Source: Candidatus Pacearchaeota archaeon
GTDB lineage: Archaea; Nanobdellota; Nanobdellia; Pacearchaeales; GW2011-AR1
Assembly (NCBI GenBank): GCA_018304105.1
Contig: JAGVWX010000020.1
Location: 97,494 to 161,493 of the forward strand
Length of the DNA: 64,000 nt
Direction of reading: 5' to 3'
Positions 16,636 through 25,861 of this stretch are shown one piece after another. Numbering within the stretch: the stretch's first letter is position 1; every line of letters starts with the position of its first letter. The notes beneath the pieces are model-generated. The model was given only the letters and a program-made list of their open reading frames with translations. It was not told where the DNA came from and did not search any database. Position numbers and translations under genes: made by a program.

Positions 16636-16845
16636 TCATCTATCAAAAACAATCGTAATTAAAATTCCAACAGCAACAACGCTCAAGAATCCTGCAATCA
16701 GCGGAGAAACCTTGCTCAAAGTCCCAACGCCCGAAGAAACTTCTCCGTTTTGAACAACCATCGCATTGCTCCATGAACTAAAGAAGAAAAGCGACGCTGC
16801 AACAGCAATCAGCACAATCAATAACGCAAGCCGTTTGTAATTCAT
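16636..16845 (-). CDS. small membrane protein (69 aa)
   Basis: N- and C-terminal hydrophobic helices. Confidence 0.4.
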   Translation of the reverse strand: MNYKRLALLIVLIAVAASLFFFSSWSNAMVVQNGEVSSGVGTLSKVSPLIAGFLSVVAVGILITIVFDR

Positions 16846-16889
16846 ACTTAACTAAACGAGAAGAAGTATTTAATATTATTCCCAGCAGC

Positions 16890-19508
16890 CTACCGCGATT
16901 GGGCTGTTGATTTCAAAATTTGTCCTTTGGACTTTCGTTTATTGCGAATAAATATAATAACAATTACAATTACTAAAATAAAAATCGTTAAAAATAATGC
17001 TATCAAAAAGATATTAGTTAATGAAGAAAGAAGTGTGTTCTGCAGTTTTCCTCCAATAGCTCCCTGCGAACTCGTTTCATTATTCAAGGTCAATGGATTA
17101 TCTAACGAATTACCTTCAAAATTGCAGGCGCGCGTTTCCCCGGCAGGTTTATTTGTTGTTACATTGCAATAGTTTTTGTCATTACACGTTTGATATTGCA
17201 CATTGCCACTGCAGGCCTGCCATGAACAAGTCCAGTTAGGTAAACATCTTTTTCCTCCACCGCCTCCACCGCCCCCGCCGTTCGAACTCCCCTCATTATT
17301 CGATGGCGATTGTGTAATACTTAACATTCTTGTCTCACTTTGCAAAACCCCGCTTGTATTGTTCACACAACCAACATTCCAAGAGTATTCCCCGACTCCC
17401 AATTCGCGTGTTATCGTGTTCACGCCGCTGAGATTTATCTCGCTACCATTAATTCCTGTTTGTTCGCCGTTCAAAGAGAAATTACAACCAATAAATTCCT
17501 CGCCAACTTCAAGGTTTGCAAATCCAAATTGAAAGGGAATTGTCGTCGGTCCAATAGCAGAATAACCTCTTGCAGGATTTGTGAGGGCTACCGCAGGCAC
17601 AACAAGAATAGTAAAGTTTCTCGTCTCAGAAGTATTTGTATTAGGCGTATTGTCTGAGCAGCTTACACGCCACGAATAATTTCCATTTGTGAAATTCTTA
17701 ATAGTATAATTTGTTGCTACTCCGCTTGTCACACTAATTTCTGCAAAATCAGCAGAGCAATATCCATTTCCACCGCTGCCGCCGCCACAACCCCCACCCG
17801 CTATGCCCCCGCTTCCGCTAATGCCACTAAGGGAATTACCCTCTATTGTCAAACTGCAATTCATCATTGCACCAAAATTATCGCTAGCAGTCCAATTAAA
17901 GCTTACGTTTCTCGAATATAAAATCTCATTTCTATCGGGCACATTAAGGGTTATAATAATCGATGTTTTTTCAACTTGCAAATTATTGCTGCAACTTTTG
18001 GCGCTGTAAGCAGTTCCATTAAATACGCGAATGCAAGCAGACCAGTTATCACCGACGGTCAAATAATTCGAAGTTAAAACGTTTGTCAAAGATAGCTGTC
18101 CAGATACCTGATTAATTCTTACAAATCTGTCCTTCATCGATACTAGCCACAATCTAGGGGCCCCATTCAAACTATCACCAGTTCCCATAAAATGAAAATT
18201 CCCAAATGAGTCAAACACTGAAGACCAACCTGCATTCGTTTTGTTCACCGAACTTATCTGTTTCTGGCCAATATAACTGCCGTTTGCATAATAATTATTA
18301 ACAGATACTCCAAAGTCTGTGGGGGAAGGCGTTTGATATGGAAATATCATATTAGAATCCCCAGCACCATTTACAGAAAACCCAGAATGAATATATGAAT
18401 ATTCTGGAGACGGGGCATTGTAGCCTGCTAAAGCAGGCGCACTCCAAACAGGAACACCATTAGAATCAAATTTGGCAATACCTGCTGAAACAATAGTGAT
18501 TGATGTATCAATCTTATTATAGACTTCATAGTAAATGTAAGGATTACCAAACGAATCTACTGAAACATCTGTAAGCCGATGACTATACACTCCTCCACCG
18601 CCATCATAATTAATTCCAACATTGCTAGCATTCCAAATCATAACTCCTGCAAAATCGTACTTAGCAAGATATTCTTTTCCACGGTTAATGCTGTCCCCAA
18701 TTAAATCGCCCGCAACATAAATTGCGTTTTGAAAAATTTTCATGGCATCGTAGTTAATGATTATAGTCCCGGGGATTATTTGGGGATGTATAAGCAAATC
18801 AAAGTTCCCAACTTGATTCAAACCCGAATCAAATTTTCTAATAGAATAACTTGAAGAATTATATGTGAGCAAATACATATCCCCATTAGAATCTAAATCA
18901 ATATCCTTAGGTTTAAACATCGAGGGCATAGTTATATTCTTTTCTAAGGTACCATTATCTAAAAAGACGCGCAATGAAGGTGGCGCACCGTATAAATTGT
19001 ATGTTAAAAATATCCTATTCGAATATGGGTCTCTTTTAACAAAGAGATTTTCAACATTATTTAACGTTTCCTTCGGCCACTGGTTAGCCCATAAAACATT
19101 TCCCGACGAATCAATTTTTGAGAGAAAGATATGGTCTTGCCCAGGCACACTGCTTAAACCCCCAACATACATATTTCCATTGTCGTCAGCATCTAAATCA
19201 TAACCGTAAGTATCTGAGCCAGAAAACGAAATTTTCTTATCCAACGTTACAACCGGCCCAAACTTAACTCCGTTCTTGTACCAATCTCCAACAAGAACGA
19301 GCTGTCCATCACCAGAAGCATTAACAAACAGCGTCAGATTCTGATTAGCACCGTAATATTGGCTTGATGCACTCAAAATAATCTGATTAACCACCAGCTC
19401 TTCTCCAGGCCCGAAAAGAACTTCTTTCTTAATCTCCATCACCAAAAATATGCTAACAACTAACGCAACTACAATAGAAAGATAAACTATTACAACCCCC
19501 CTTTTCAT
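16890..19508 (-). CDS. large surface protein with beta-propeller (SBBP-like) repeats, Ig-like modules, Gly runs and a C-terminal TM anchor
   Basis: 872 aa with an N-terminal TM/signal. Recurring D-S-x-G-N-x-Y/W motifs (DSSGNVLW, DSNGDMYLL, DSFGNPYIYY, DSNGVPVW, DSFGNFHF), poly-G linkers and a terminal hydrophobic helix. Confidence 0.65.
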   Translation of the reverse strand: MKRGVVIVYLSIVVALVVSIFLVMEIKKEVLFGPGEELVVNQIILSASSQYYGANQNLTLFVNASGDGQLVLVGDWYKNGVKFGPVVTLDKKISFSGSDTYGYDLDADDNGNMYVGGLSSVPGQDHIFLSKIDSSGNVLWANQWPKETLNNVENLFVKRDPYSNRIFLTYNLYGAPPSLRVFLDNGTLEKNITMPSMFKPKDIDLDSNGDMYLLTYNSSSYSIRKFDSGLNQVGNFDLLIHPQIIPGTIIINYDAMKIFQNAIYVAGDLIGDSINRGKEYLAKYDFAGVMIWNASNVGINYDGGGGVYSHRLTDVSVDSFGNPYIYYEVYNKIDTSITIVSAGIAKFDSNGVPVWSAPALAGYNAPSPEYSYIHSGFSVNGAGDSNMIFPYQTPSPTDFGVSVNNYYANGSYIGQKQISSVNKTNAGWSSVFDSFGNFHFMGTGDSLNGAPRLWLVSMKDRFVRINQVSGQLSLTNVLTSNYLTVGDNWSACIRVFNGTAYSAKSCSNNLQVEKTSIIITLNVPDRNEILYSRNVSFNWTASDNFGAMMNCSLTIEGNSLSGISGSGGIAGGGCGGGSGGNGYCSADFAEISVTSGVATNYTIKNFTNGNYSWRVSCSDNTPNTNTSETRNFTILVVPAVALTNPARGYSAIGPTTIPFQFGFANLEVGEEFIGCNFSLNGEQTGINGSEINLSGVNTITRELGVGEYSWNVGCVNNTSGVLQSETRMLSITQSPSNNEGSSNGGGGGGGGGKRCLPNWTCSWQACSGNVQYQTCNDKNYCNVTTNKPAGETRACNFEGNSLDNPLTLNNETSSQGAIGGKLQNTLLSSLTNIFLIALFLTIFILVIVIVIIFIRNKRKSKGQILKSTAQSR

Positions 19509-19557
19509 CGCAAGACTATATTGTCAATAATTTATATAGGTTTCGTAATTATCATTC

Positions 19558-20403
19558 TTACTCGCCACAGCCTGAGCGAGTCGTCTGCTTGCAGCTCGTG
19601 CACATTATCGCGCAGTTTCCTACTCTCTTTGCAACTCCTCCGCAAATCGGGCAGGTGATTCCTTCATCGGCAGAAAATTCCTCAAGCGAAGATTGCTGTT
19701 CGTTCATATCAATTTCATGCACATCAGATAAATCCACTTGAATTCCTCCAGCCCCCTCGCCAAAATTATTCATCATGAACTGGGCAACGTAATCCACAAT
19801 CGAAGAGGCGGTCCTGATTTGTTTGATATTCTGGTCAATTTCTCCTCCGGCAAGGTTCTTCACAAATCCCGCTGGCTCAAACTTCTGGTGCCTGAATCTT
19901 TTGAACAAGTCATTTACTGTTGCGCCGTATTGCAAATTTACTGAAACAGAAGTCGCCCACGCATCAAACAATCCCCTCGTTGTAGAGCCTTGTTTGTGCA
20001 TCGTCACAAAAATTTCTCCGGGCTTTCCATCATCATAAAGCCCAACTGTAAGATAACCTTCATGTCCCGCAATCTCAAACTTGTGCGTAATAGATTTTCG
20101 CGTCTGCGGCAGTTTCACCCTCTCGCCAATTTTCACAGTCTCTTTTTTCTTTACAACCTCTCCTTCAGTCTTCTGCGTATTTAACGGCTGCGACCTCTTG
20201 CTGTTCTCCCGGTAAATTGCAACGGCTTTCAGTTTCTGTTCCCATGCATAAATATAAGCTTGCATAATTTCATCGGCATTAGACTCTTCTGGCATGTTTA
20301 TTGTCTTCGAAATCGCCCCCGAGATAAACGGTTGAACCGCCCCCATCATTTTAATATGCCCTTTATATTGTATTGCCCTTTTTCCCTTAGCCGCCTTGAA
20401 CAA
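19558..20403 (-). CDS. nrdJ: class II (B12-dependent) ribonucleotide reductase, C-terminal fragment
   Basis: GHIKMMGAVQPFISGAISKTINMP and a C-terminal Cys cluster CPICGG...CTSCK. It continues the upstream ORF after a frame change near 20400. Confidence 0.85.
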   Translation of the reverse strand: MFKAAKGKRAIQYKGHIKMMGAVQPFISGAISKTINMPEESNADEIMQAYIYAWEQKLKAVAIYRENSKRSQPLNTQKTEGEVVKKKETVKIGERVKLPQTRKSITHKFEIAGHEGYLTVGLYDDGKPGEIFVTMHKQGSTTRGLFDAWATSVSVNLQYGATVNDLFKRFRHQKFEPAGFVKNLAGGEIDQNIKQIRTASSIVDYVAQFMMNNFGEGAGGIQVDLSDVHEIDMNEQQSSLEEFSADEGITCPICGGVAKRVGNCAIMCTSCKQTTRSGCGE

Positions 20404-22424
20404 ATGTGCGGAGCGCCTTCAATAGTTTCATTCTTATCTATGTGCGCAATAATCTCTTCAATCTGCCCATTGTCATATCCAAGCTTTCTCAACCCTCTTC
20501 TCACGCTGTTGTTTACAATTTTCAGCATCCCGCCTCCAGCCAGAACTTTGTATTTAACAAGCGCAATATCTGGCTCGATTCCAGTAGTGTCACAATCCAT
20601 CATGAACGCAATCGTTCCTGTCGGTGCAAGAACCGTCGCCTGCGCATTTCTATAACCATACTTCTGTCCAAACTCAACTGCATCAGCCCAGGAATCCCAT
20701 GCGTCATTGACAAGATATCTCAACGAAGAAGGCATCACCTCGACATTAATCCCCTTTACAGATTCTTGGTGCATCCTCATGACTTCCATCATTGGTTCTT
20801 TGTTCTTCGCAAATCCTGGAAATGGTCCGACCAAACCTGCAAGCTCCGCCGAGGTTTTGTAAGCTTCTCCAGTCATTACCGCAGTTATTGCGGCAGCAAC
20901 GGCTCTTCCAGCATCAGAATCGTAAGGCAATCCTAAACTCATTAACAGCGCACCCAAGTTTGCGTAGCCCAAACCCAACGGCCTGTAATCGTGAGCGTTC
21001 TGCGTGATTTTTGCCGTCGGATAACTTCCTCCATCGACAATCAAGTCCATCGCAATGACAAATGTTTTAACAACTCTTCTAAACTTTTCAATATCAAACT
21101 TTCCATCTTCACCCAAAAATTTCATTAGATTAATTGACGCTAAGTTGCACGCAGAATCATCAAGAAACATATACTCGCTGCACGGATTGCTTGCGTTAAT
21201 CCTTCCAGAGTTCTTGCAAGTATGCCACCTATTTATTACCGAGTCAAATTGCATTCCAGGATCTCCGCATATATGAGTTCCTTCCGCAATTTTTTTCAAT
21301 ATCTGTTTGGCCTTGAAAGTTTCGCAAGCCATTCCATCCTTTACAAATTTAGTTGACCATTGCCCATCGGCTTTTACAGCTTGCATAAATTCATCTTGCG
21401 CCCTCACAGACATATTGCAATTCTGGAATGCAACGCTGGCATAGGCTGCGCCATTCATCCCGCCATCGTATCCTGCTTCGATAAGTGCCCAGGCTTTTTT
21501 TTCTTCAGTTGGCTTGGCGTCAATAAAGTCCATTACATCCGGATGGTCAACATTTAAGATTTCCATCTTTGCAGCTCTCCGTGTCTTTCCCCCAGACTTT
21601 ATGACTCCAGCATAAGCATCATATCCTTTCATGAAACTAACCGGCCCGGAAGCTCTTCCTCCGCCTGTTAAAGTTTCTCTCGAGCTTCTTAATGGGGAGC
21701 GATTCGTTCCGGTTCCGCTCCCAGCTTTGAACAGATTCGCCTCAGCAACTTGCACTTCCATGATTGAATCCATATCATCCTTAATGCTCTGGATGAAACA
21801 CGCAGAACATTGCGGCCTGTCGCTTTGTTTTATTGATTTTACAACGTTGTTGCTTGCACTATCCCAAACATAAATCGAAACCCCTCCGGCATTCTTGTCA
21901 TATTCTTGAATCCCTGCATTGAACCACACCGGAGAATTAAACACGGCCATCTGATTCAAACAAATAGCCGCAATCTCATCCTTCAAAACAACCGCTTCTT
22001 CTTCGTTGAAATATTTCTGCTTTACCGCCTGCCTTCCAAAAAATCTCGAAACCCTTCCAATAAGCATTTCAACGGAATTTTCTCTTTCATTTTTTTTCTG
22101 GTCTCCCCAAAAATATTTGCTCGCAACAACTTTTATTGCAAGCGGCGACCAAAAGTCCGGCCTTCTAACTCCTTCCTGGGTGAAAACAACTTTCCCGGAA
22201 TCATCATTAACTGAAACAACGTCTGAAACCCATCTAATCGGATTCCCATAAATATCAAACTCAAAAGGATTCTTTCCTTCCTGCGTCAAAAATCTAACTA
22301 ATGGCATTTTATATTTTGCAAAAGAAGAATTCATTCTTTGGTCAGTTGATTTAGGCTCATGGTTAAATCCGTTCTCCTGGCCATTCCATCCATTTCCGTT
22401 TATCTCAAATCCGTTTTCTTTCAT
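20346..22424 (-). CDS. nrdJ: class II (B12-dependent) ribonucleotide reductase, N-terminal 692-aa fragment
   Basis: Typical NrdJ blocks (NSPVWFNAG, CSACFI, ASNPCSEY, VLAPTGTIAFMMDCDTTGIEP). Ends ...TIEGAPH and then goes out of frame. Confidence 0.9.
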   Translation of the reverse strand: MKENGFEINGNGWNGQENGFNHEPKSTDQRMNSSFAKYKMPLVRFLTQEGKNPFEFDIYGNPIRWVSDVVSVNDDSGKVVFTQEGVRRPDFWSPLAIKVVASKYFWGDQKKNERENSVEMLIGRVSRFFGRQAVKQKYFNEEEAVVLKDEIAAICLNQMAVFNSPVWFNAGIQEYDKNAGGVSIYVWDSASNNVVKSIKQSDRPQCSACFIQSIKDDMDSIMEVQVAEANLFKAGSGTGTNRSPLRSSRETLTGGGRASGPVSFMKGYDAYAGVIKSGGKTRRAAKMEILNVDHPDVMDFIDAKPTEEKKAWALIEAGYDGGMNGAAYASVAFQNCNMSVRAQDEFMQAVKADGQWSTKFVKDGMACETFKAKQILKKIAEGTHICGDPGMQFDSVINRWHTCKNSGRINASNPCSEYMFLDDSACNLASINLMKFLGEDGKFDIEKFRRVVKTFVIAMDLIVDGGSYPTAKITQNAHDYRPLGLGYANLGALLMSLGLPYDSDAGRAVAAAITAVMTGEAYKTSAELAGLVGPFPGFAKNKEPMMEVMRMHQESVKGINVEVMPSSLRYLVNDAWDSWADAVEFGQKYGYRNAQATVLAPTGTIAFMMDCDTTGIEPDIALVKYKVLAGGGMLKIVNNSVRRGLRKLGYDNGQIEEIIAHIDKNETIEGAPHICSRRLREKGQYNIKGILK

Positions 22425-22425
22425 T

Positions 22426-22869
22426 TTATTTCTTTACCAATTCTTTTATTTCCTTGTTAAAATCTTCCAATTCCGCAAAATCCCTGTAAACTGATGCGAA
22501 CCGAATGTATGCAACCTTGTCAATTTTCTTAAGCTCGCTTGAAACAATATCCCCAATCAGGCTGGACTTAACTTCCCTTCCGCGTTTCCTTAATCTTTCT
22601 TCTGTTTTAGCGAGCATCTTTTCAATCTTTTCAGAGCTTACTGGCCTTTTTTCGCAAGCCTTAAGCACACCTCGTTTTAGTTTCTCGTAGTCAAAGTTTT
22701 CGCGCCGACCATCTTTTTTTATCACCCGAAAATCGGGCCTATCAACAGCCTCCAGAGTGTTAAATCTTCTCGAACACTTCAGGCATTCGCGCCTTCTTTT
22801 CGTCAAACTTTCATTATCCCTTTTATCTATAACCTTCGTTTCATCGCTTAGACAGTAGGGACAGAGCAT
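22426..22869 (-). CDS. nrdR: transcriptional repressor NrdR (zinc ribbon + ATP-cone)
   Basis: MLCPYCLSDETKVIDKR...RRRECLKCSRRFNTLE followed by an ATP-cone. The ATG at 22869 is preferred over the track GTG at 22881. The stop abuts the nrdJ start. Confidence 0.9.
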   Translation of the reverse strand: MLCPYCLSDETKVIDKRDNESLTKRRRECLKCSRRFNTLEAVDRPDFRVIKKDGRRENFDYEKLKRGVLKACEKRPVSSEKIEKMLAKTEERLRKRGREVKSSLIGDIVSSELKKIDKVAYIRFASVYRDFAELEDFNKEIKELVKK

Positions 22870-22877
22870 GTTAGTAA

Positions 22878-22893
22878 ACACAATATCTTGTGT
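22878..22893 (-). promoter_or_regulatory. NrdR box 1 (ACACAATATCTTGTGT)
   Basis: 16-bp palindrome matching the bacterial NrdR-box pattern acaC-AT-rich-Gtgt, 9 nt upstream of the nrdR ATG. Confidence 0.7.
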
Positions 22894-22908
22894 TTTTCTC
22901 TTTTTTTA

Positions 22909-22924
22909 TCACAATCTATTGTGC
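22909..22924 (-). promoter_or_regulatory. NrdR box 2 (TCACAATCTATTGTGC)
   Basis: Second palindrome, 31 bp centre to centre from box 1. An A/T-rich TATA-like run (22901-22908) lies between the boxes. Confidence 0.65.
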
Positions 22925-23083
22925 AATTCTAAGTTTTAGCTTTAAACGTATTTAAACATTTCCGTGCTATTTTTTTTATCGTCGCTAAAAATCAAGAAGC
23001 AAGGAGTCTTACTTTTCCAGTAGCAAATCGCAAGTTCTTGTTAATCTTTAGATTAATAATAACGATTAATAAAAAGTAGTTGC

Positions 23084-23836
23084 CTATCTAACTTTTCTGT
23101 ACTTATTTCTTAAATATTCATAAGCGCCACTAACAAGATTAGTTGCGATAGGTAAAATAGTTAGTATTCCCATTGGAACAAAGGCGAACGCTTCTTCTGC
23201 AGGACTCGGAGAAATATTTCTAATGCCCCACGATACACCTACTCCTAAACTGGTAAAAGCTCCAATTACAACATGAGGCACTACCGTTGAAGCAGCAATA
23301 TCAATTGCCAACTCTTCGCCAGATCGCAATATTCTTTGCATTCTTTCGTAAGTAGGTCTTAGATAAATCTTCTGCGTCCACTCCAAAACATCTCTTGTAA
23401 TGCTCTTCGTAACGTTAAGACTCTTTGAAATTCCAGTTCCTTCTTCCTTATTAGCTCTATTTTCCAACTCCGAACTTCTTTCTCTTTCTTTCACAATTCC
23501 TATCCTTCTCAATAACTCGTCGCTAACTCCAAACTGTTTAAAATCTTGATATGTTCGTATTCCGGCCACAGCGTAATCAGCACGAATTTCTCCAGGTTTA
23601 ATATCTTTAAATGTATCCATAACTGGCCCAAGCACCTGTTCAATTTCTTCCCTCATTGTATCTCCGTATTCTTGGTCTGTCAAAGGGTGGCGGATTGTTT
23701 CTGTTCTCGCAGCAGTTTTCTGTACTGATTCTTCAACTTCCAAAGGTGCTTCTTTTACTTCATCATCTCTTATAACTTTCGTCTCAACAGGTTTTTCCCG
23801 AACCTTCATTCCTTCGTCTTCATATTCTCTGCTCAT
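23084..23836 (-). CDS. hypothetical protein with an acidic N-terminal half and C-terminal TM helices
   Basis: 250-aa ORF directly downstream of the nuclease gene on the same strand. Confidence 0.5.
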   Translation of the reverse strand: MSREYEDEGMKVREKPVETKVIRDDEVKEAPLEVEESVQKTAARTETIRHPLTDQEYGDTMREEIEQVLGPVMDTFKDIKPGEIRADYAVAGIRTYQDFKQFGVSDELLRRIGIVKERERSSELENRANKEEGTGISKSLNVTKSITRDVLEWTQKIYLRPTYERMQRILRSGEELAIDIAASTVVPHVVIGAFTSLGVGVSWGIRNISPSPAEEAFAFVPMGILTILPIATNLVSGAYEYLRNKYRKVR

Positions 23837-23900
23837 CTAAATCGCATCAACATCCACTATAAAAACTCTTCGTTTAGTTACTCTAAAGTAACAGAAAATC

Positions 23901-24716
23901 TCACATCCACTTTCCCAAGCTATCATTCAAAGTAAAAACTTTTCTTGACTCTTCGCCCTGATTTTTGTCAATTGTTCCATGAATTTTCTTGTAAGAGCAC
24001 CAGTCGCACCACGGCTTTCCGCATGCAGGCCATTCTCTCGTTTTGTTTATTTTTTCAATAAGTTCAAGAGTTTCCTCCTTCAATTTTTCAAGTTGTTCCT
24101 GCGTCCTGAAAGAATGAACTTTCCGGTTATGCGCCAGAAAATGCCAAGTTAAATTTATTTTCGCATTCTCTCCAAAAACGTCCTGCAGTCCAAGATGATA
24201 GAACGCGAGTTGTCTGTCTTTGTCCACATCTTCCTGGCTTTTCATTCTGTCGTTCGTCTTGTAATCATGAACTTCGTAACTTCCGTTTTCATGCTTCTCC
24301 AATCTGTCAATATATCCCACAATAAAAATACCTTCTTCAATCGGAAAATAAATTTTCTTTTCCAGTTCAATCGTATCTTTTGAAAAAGGCAAGTTGTTTT
24401 GATAATAATCAACTAGAAACTTTACGCCTTTATTAAAAAAATCTTCAACTTTTTCTCCAGTTGGAACTCTAATGTCTAACGTATACTGCTCGTGCCAGCT
24501 CTTCGCGAAATATTCAATTACTTCATCCAAATCAAGAACCTTCCCGCTTATCAGCATTCTGTACAAGTTTTCAAGCGCATCATGCACAGCGCTCCCCAAA
24601 AACGCGTGGATGCTTTGCGGCAGTTCAGGAAAAGTTTTGTCTATATATTTTATTTTGTAAGCTTCGGGACAGTTCTCGTACAGCGACAGTTTGGAATGCG
24701 AAAAAACTTCTACCAT
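23901..24716 (-). CDS. PD-(D/E)XK nuclease, Cas4/RecB-like, with a Cys4 cluster
   Basis: 271 aa with an N-terminal Cys (LYENCPEAY), nuclease core GYIDRLE...YEVHDYKT, and C-terminal CGKPWCDWCSYK. Confidence 0.75.
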   Translation of the reverse strand: MVEVFSHSKLSLYENCPEAYKIKYIDKTFPELPQSIHAFLGSAVHDALENLYRMLISGKVLDLDEVIEYFAKSWHEQYTLDIRVPTGEKVEDFFNKGVKFLVDYYQNNLPFSKDTIELEKKIYFPIEEGIFIVGYIDRLEKHENGSYEVHDYKTNDRMKSQEDVDKDRQLAFYHLGLQDVFGENAKINLTWHFLAHNRKVHSFRTQEQLEKLKEETLELIEKINKTREWPACGKPWCDWCSYKKIHGTIDKNQGEESRKVFTLNDSLGKWM

Positions 24717-24768
24717 TTTCCCTCAAACTATTGAAGATATTTAAATACTTTCAAGATATTTAACAACA

Positions 24769-25005
24769 ATGCAAACCCTCTTCAAAAAACACCAGAAAGT
24801 CCGCCTTCTCGTAGACCCTGACCCAGAATATATAGAATATCATACAGAAAACACGGACGACGAGCAAGTCCCAATAAAAAAAGGAATGTTCGGAGAAATC
24901 AATATGATTCTTCCAAACGGTCAATATCATGTTAAAATCTTAGACGGCAAAGGCAGAGAATTCGCTTACGTTCTCATGAGCGAAGAATTTTTGGAAGCCG
25001 CATAA
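24769..25005 (+). CDS. hypothetical protein (78 aa)
   Basis: ORF only. Confidence 0.4.
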   Translation: MQTLFKKHQKVRLLVDPDPEYIEYHTENTDDEQVPIKKGMFGEINMILPNGQYHVKILDGKGREFAYVLMSEEFLEAA

Positions 25006-25075
25006 CTAAGCAACTCTAAAGCTCACACTAATAAATTTAAATAATCTCTTAACATCTGTTTTGAGTTGAAAGGAG

Positions 25076-25366
25076 GTGCGCATGGTAAAAATAAGGAGAA
25101 TAGGAGTTCTTTCACTTGCAAAGTTTCAAGCAATCTTATTAGCTATAATTGGCCTTCTCATAGGAATATTTTACGCTATTTTAGGTACGGCCCTGGGAGC
25201 TATTTTTGGTTCAATTGGTTTGGGCGCTGGCCTCGGAATTCTTGCAATAATCATAATGCCAATAATCTATGCAGTTCTTGGCTTTGTCGGCGGAGCCGTT
25301 GGAGCTTTTATCTACAATCTTGTCGCAGGATGGGTTGGAGGAATAGAAATAGAACTCACAAAATAA
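25076..25366 (+). CDS. small Gly-rich membrane protein (96 aa)
   Basis: Three hydrophobic G/A/I/L helices. Preferred over the overlapping frame 25066-25404. Confidence 0.5.
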   Translation: MRMVKIRRIGVLSLAKFQAILLAIIGLLIGIFYAILGTALGAIFGSIGLGAGLGILAIIIMPIIYAVLGFVGGAVGAFIYNLVAGWVGGIEIELTK

Positions 25367-25429
25367 ACTCCCAACTAATTTTTTCTTTTCTTTATAATAA
25401 ATAAAAACAAAAAATAAAATAAAACTATT

Positions 25430-25765
25430 TTAATGTCTTGCTAATGTAAAGACATGCTTCAGCGCAACGATTATAGTTGCAGGCACGAATAGCATCGTCA
25501 AGGCTTGCAATGTTACGAAAAAGATTGTCACGCTTTTAAGAACGCCCTGTCCAAAGTATGACACAATAACCAACACTGTACCAGACATCAAGAATGGCGA
25601 GACTTCTTCGTTAGCAATATTCAATAGACCAATGACAATACCAAGCACGACTAATACGTAAGTCACGCCTGGGCTAAGATTGCCCATCAGACCAAAGACC
25701 AATGCTAAAATCACGCCGATCAAGAAAGACCAGCCCCCTAGCATGCTTCCGCTTTTTTTAGGCAT
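25430..25765 (-). CDS. small membrane protein (111 aa)
   Basis: Four predicted hydrophobic helices. Confidence 0.5.
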   Translation of the reverse strand: MPKKSGSMLGGWSFLIGVILALVFGLMGNLSPGVTYVLVVLGIVIGLLNIANEEVSPFLMSGTVLVIVSYFGQGVLKSVTIFFVTLQALTMLFVPATIIVALKHVFTLARH

Positions 25766-25861
25766 TTTAACCTCCTTTTTGTATATTCTAATATGAATTT
25801 TCTTTTATATATGTTTCTTTTTGGGCATAACGTTTTTTAACTTCTTTTTACATAACTCGAT

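Noticed and set aside
17250-17290. Poly-Gly coding tract in the 872-aa surface protein as a slippage or phase-variation tract
   Set aside because: The DNA is mixed (CCACCGCCTCCACCGCCCCCGCCG), not a homopolymer or simple repeat, so slippage is unlikely.
19558-22424. Intein in the ribonucleotide reductase, or in rpoA or rpoB
   Set aside because: There is no extra insert of about 150-450 aa and no intein block (C/S...HN-C/S/T) at the frame break. The only LAGLIDADG motifs are in the free-standing gene at 1-902.
25066-25404. Track ORF 25066-25404, overlapping 25076-25366 in another frame
   Set aside because: The 96-aa frame gives clean hydrophobic helices. The 112-aa frame is W/R/N-rich nonsense.
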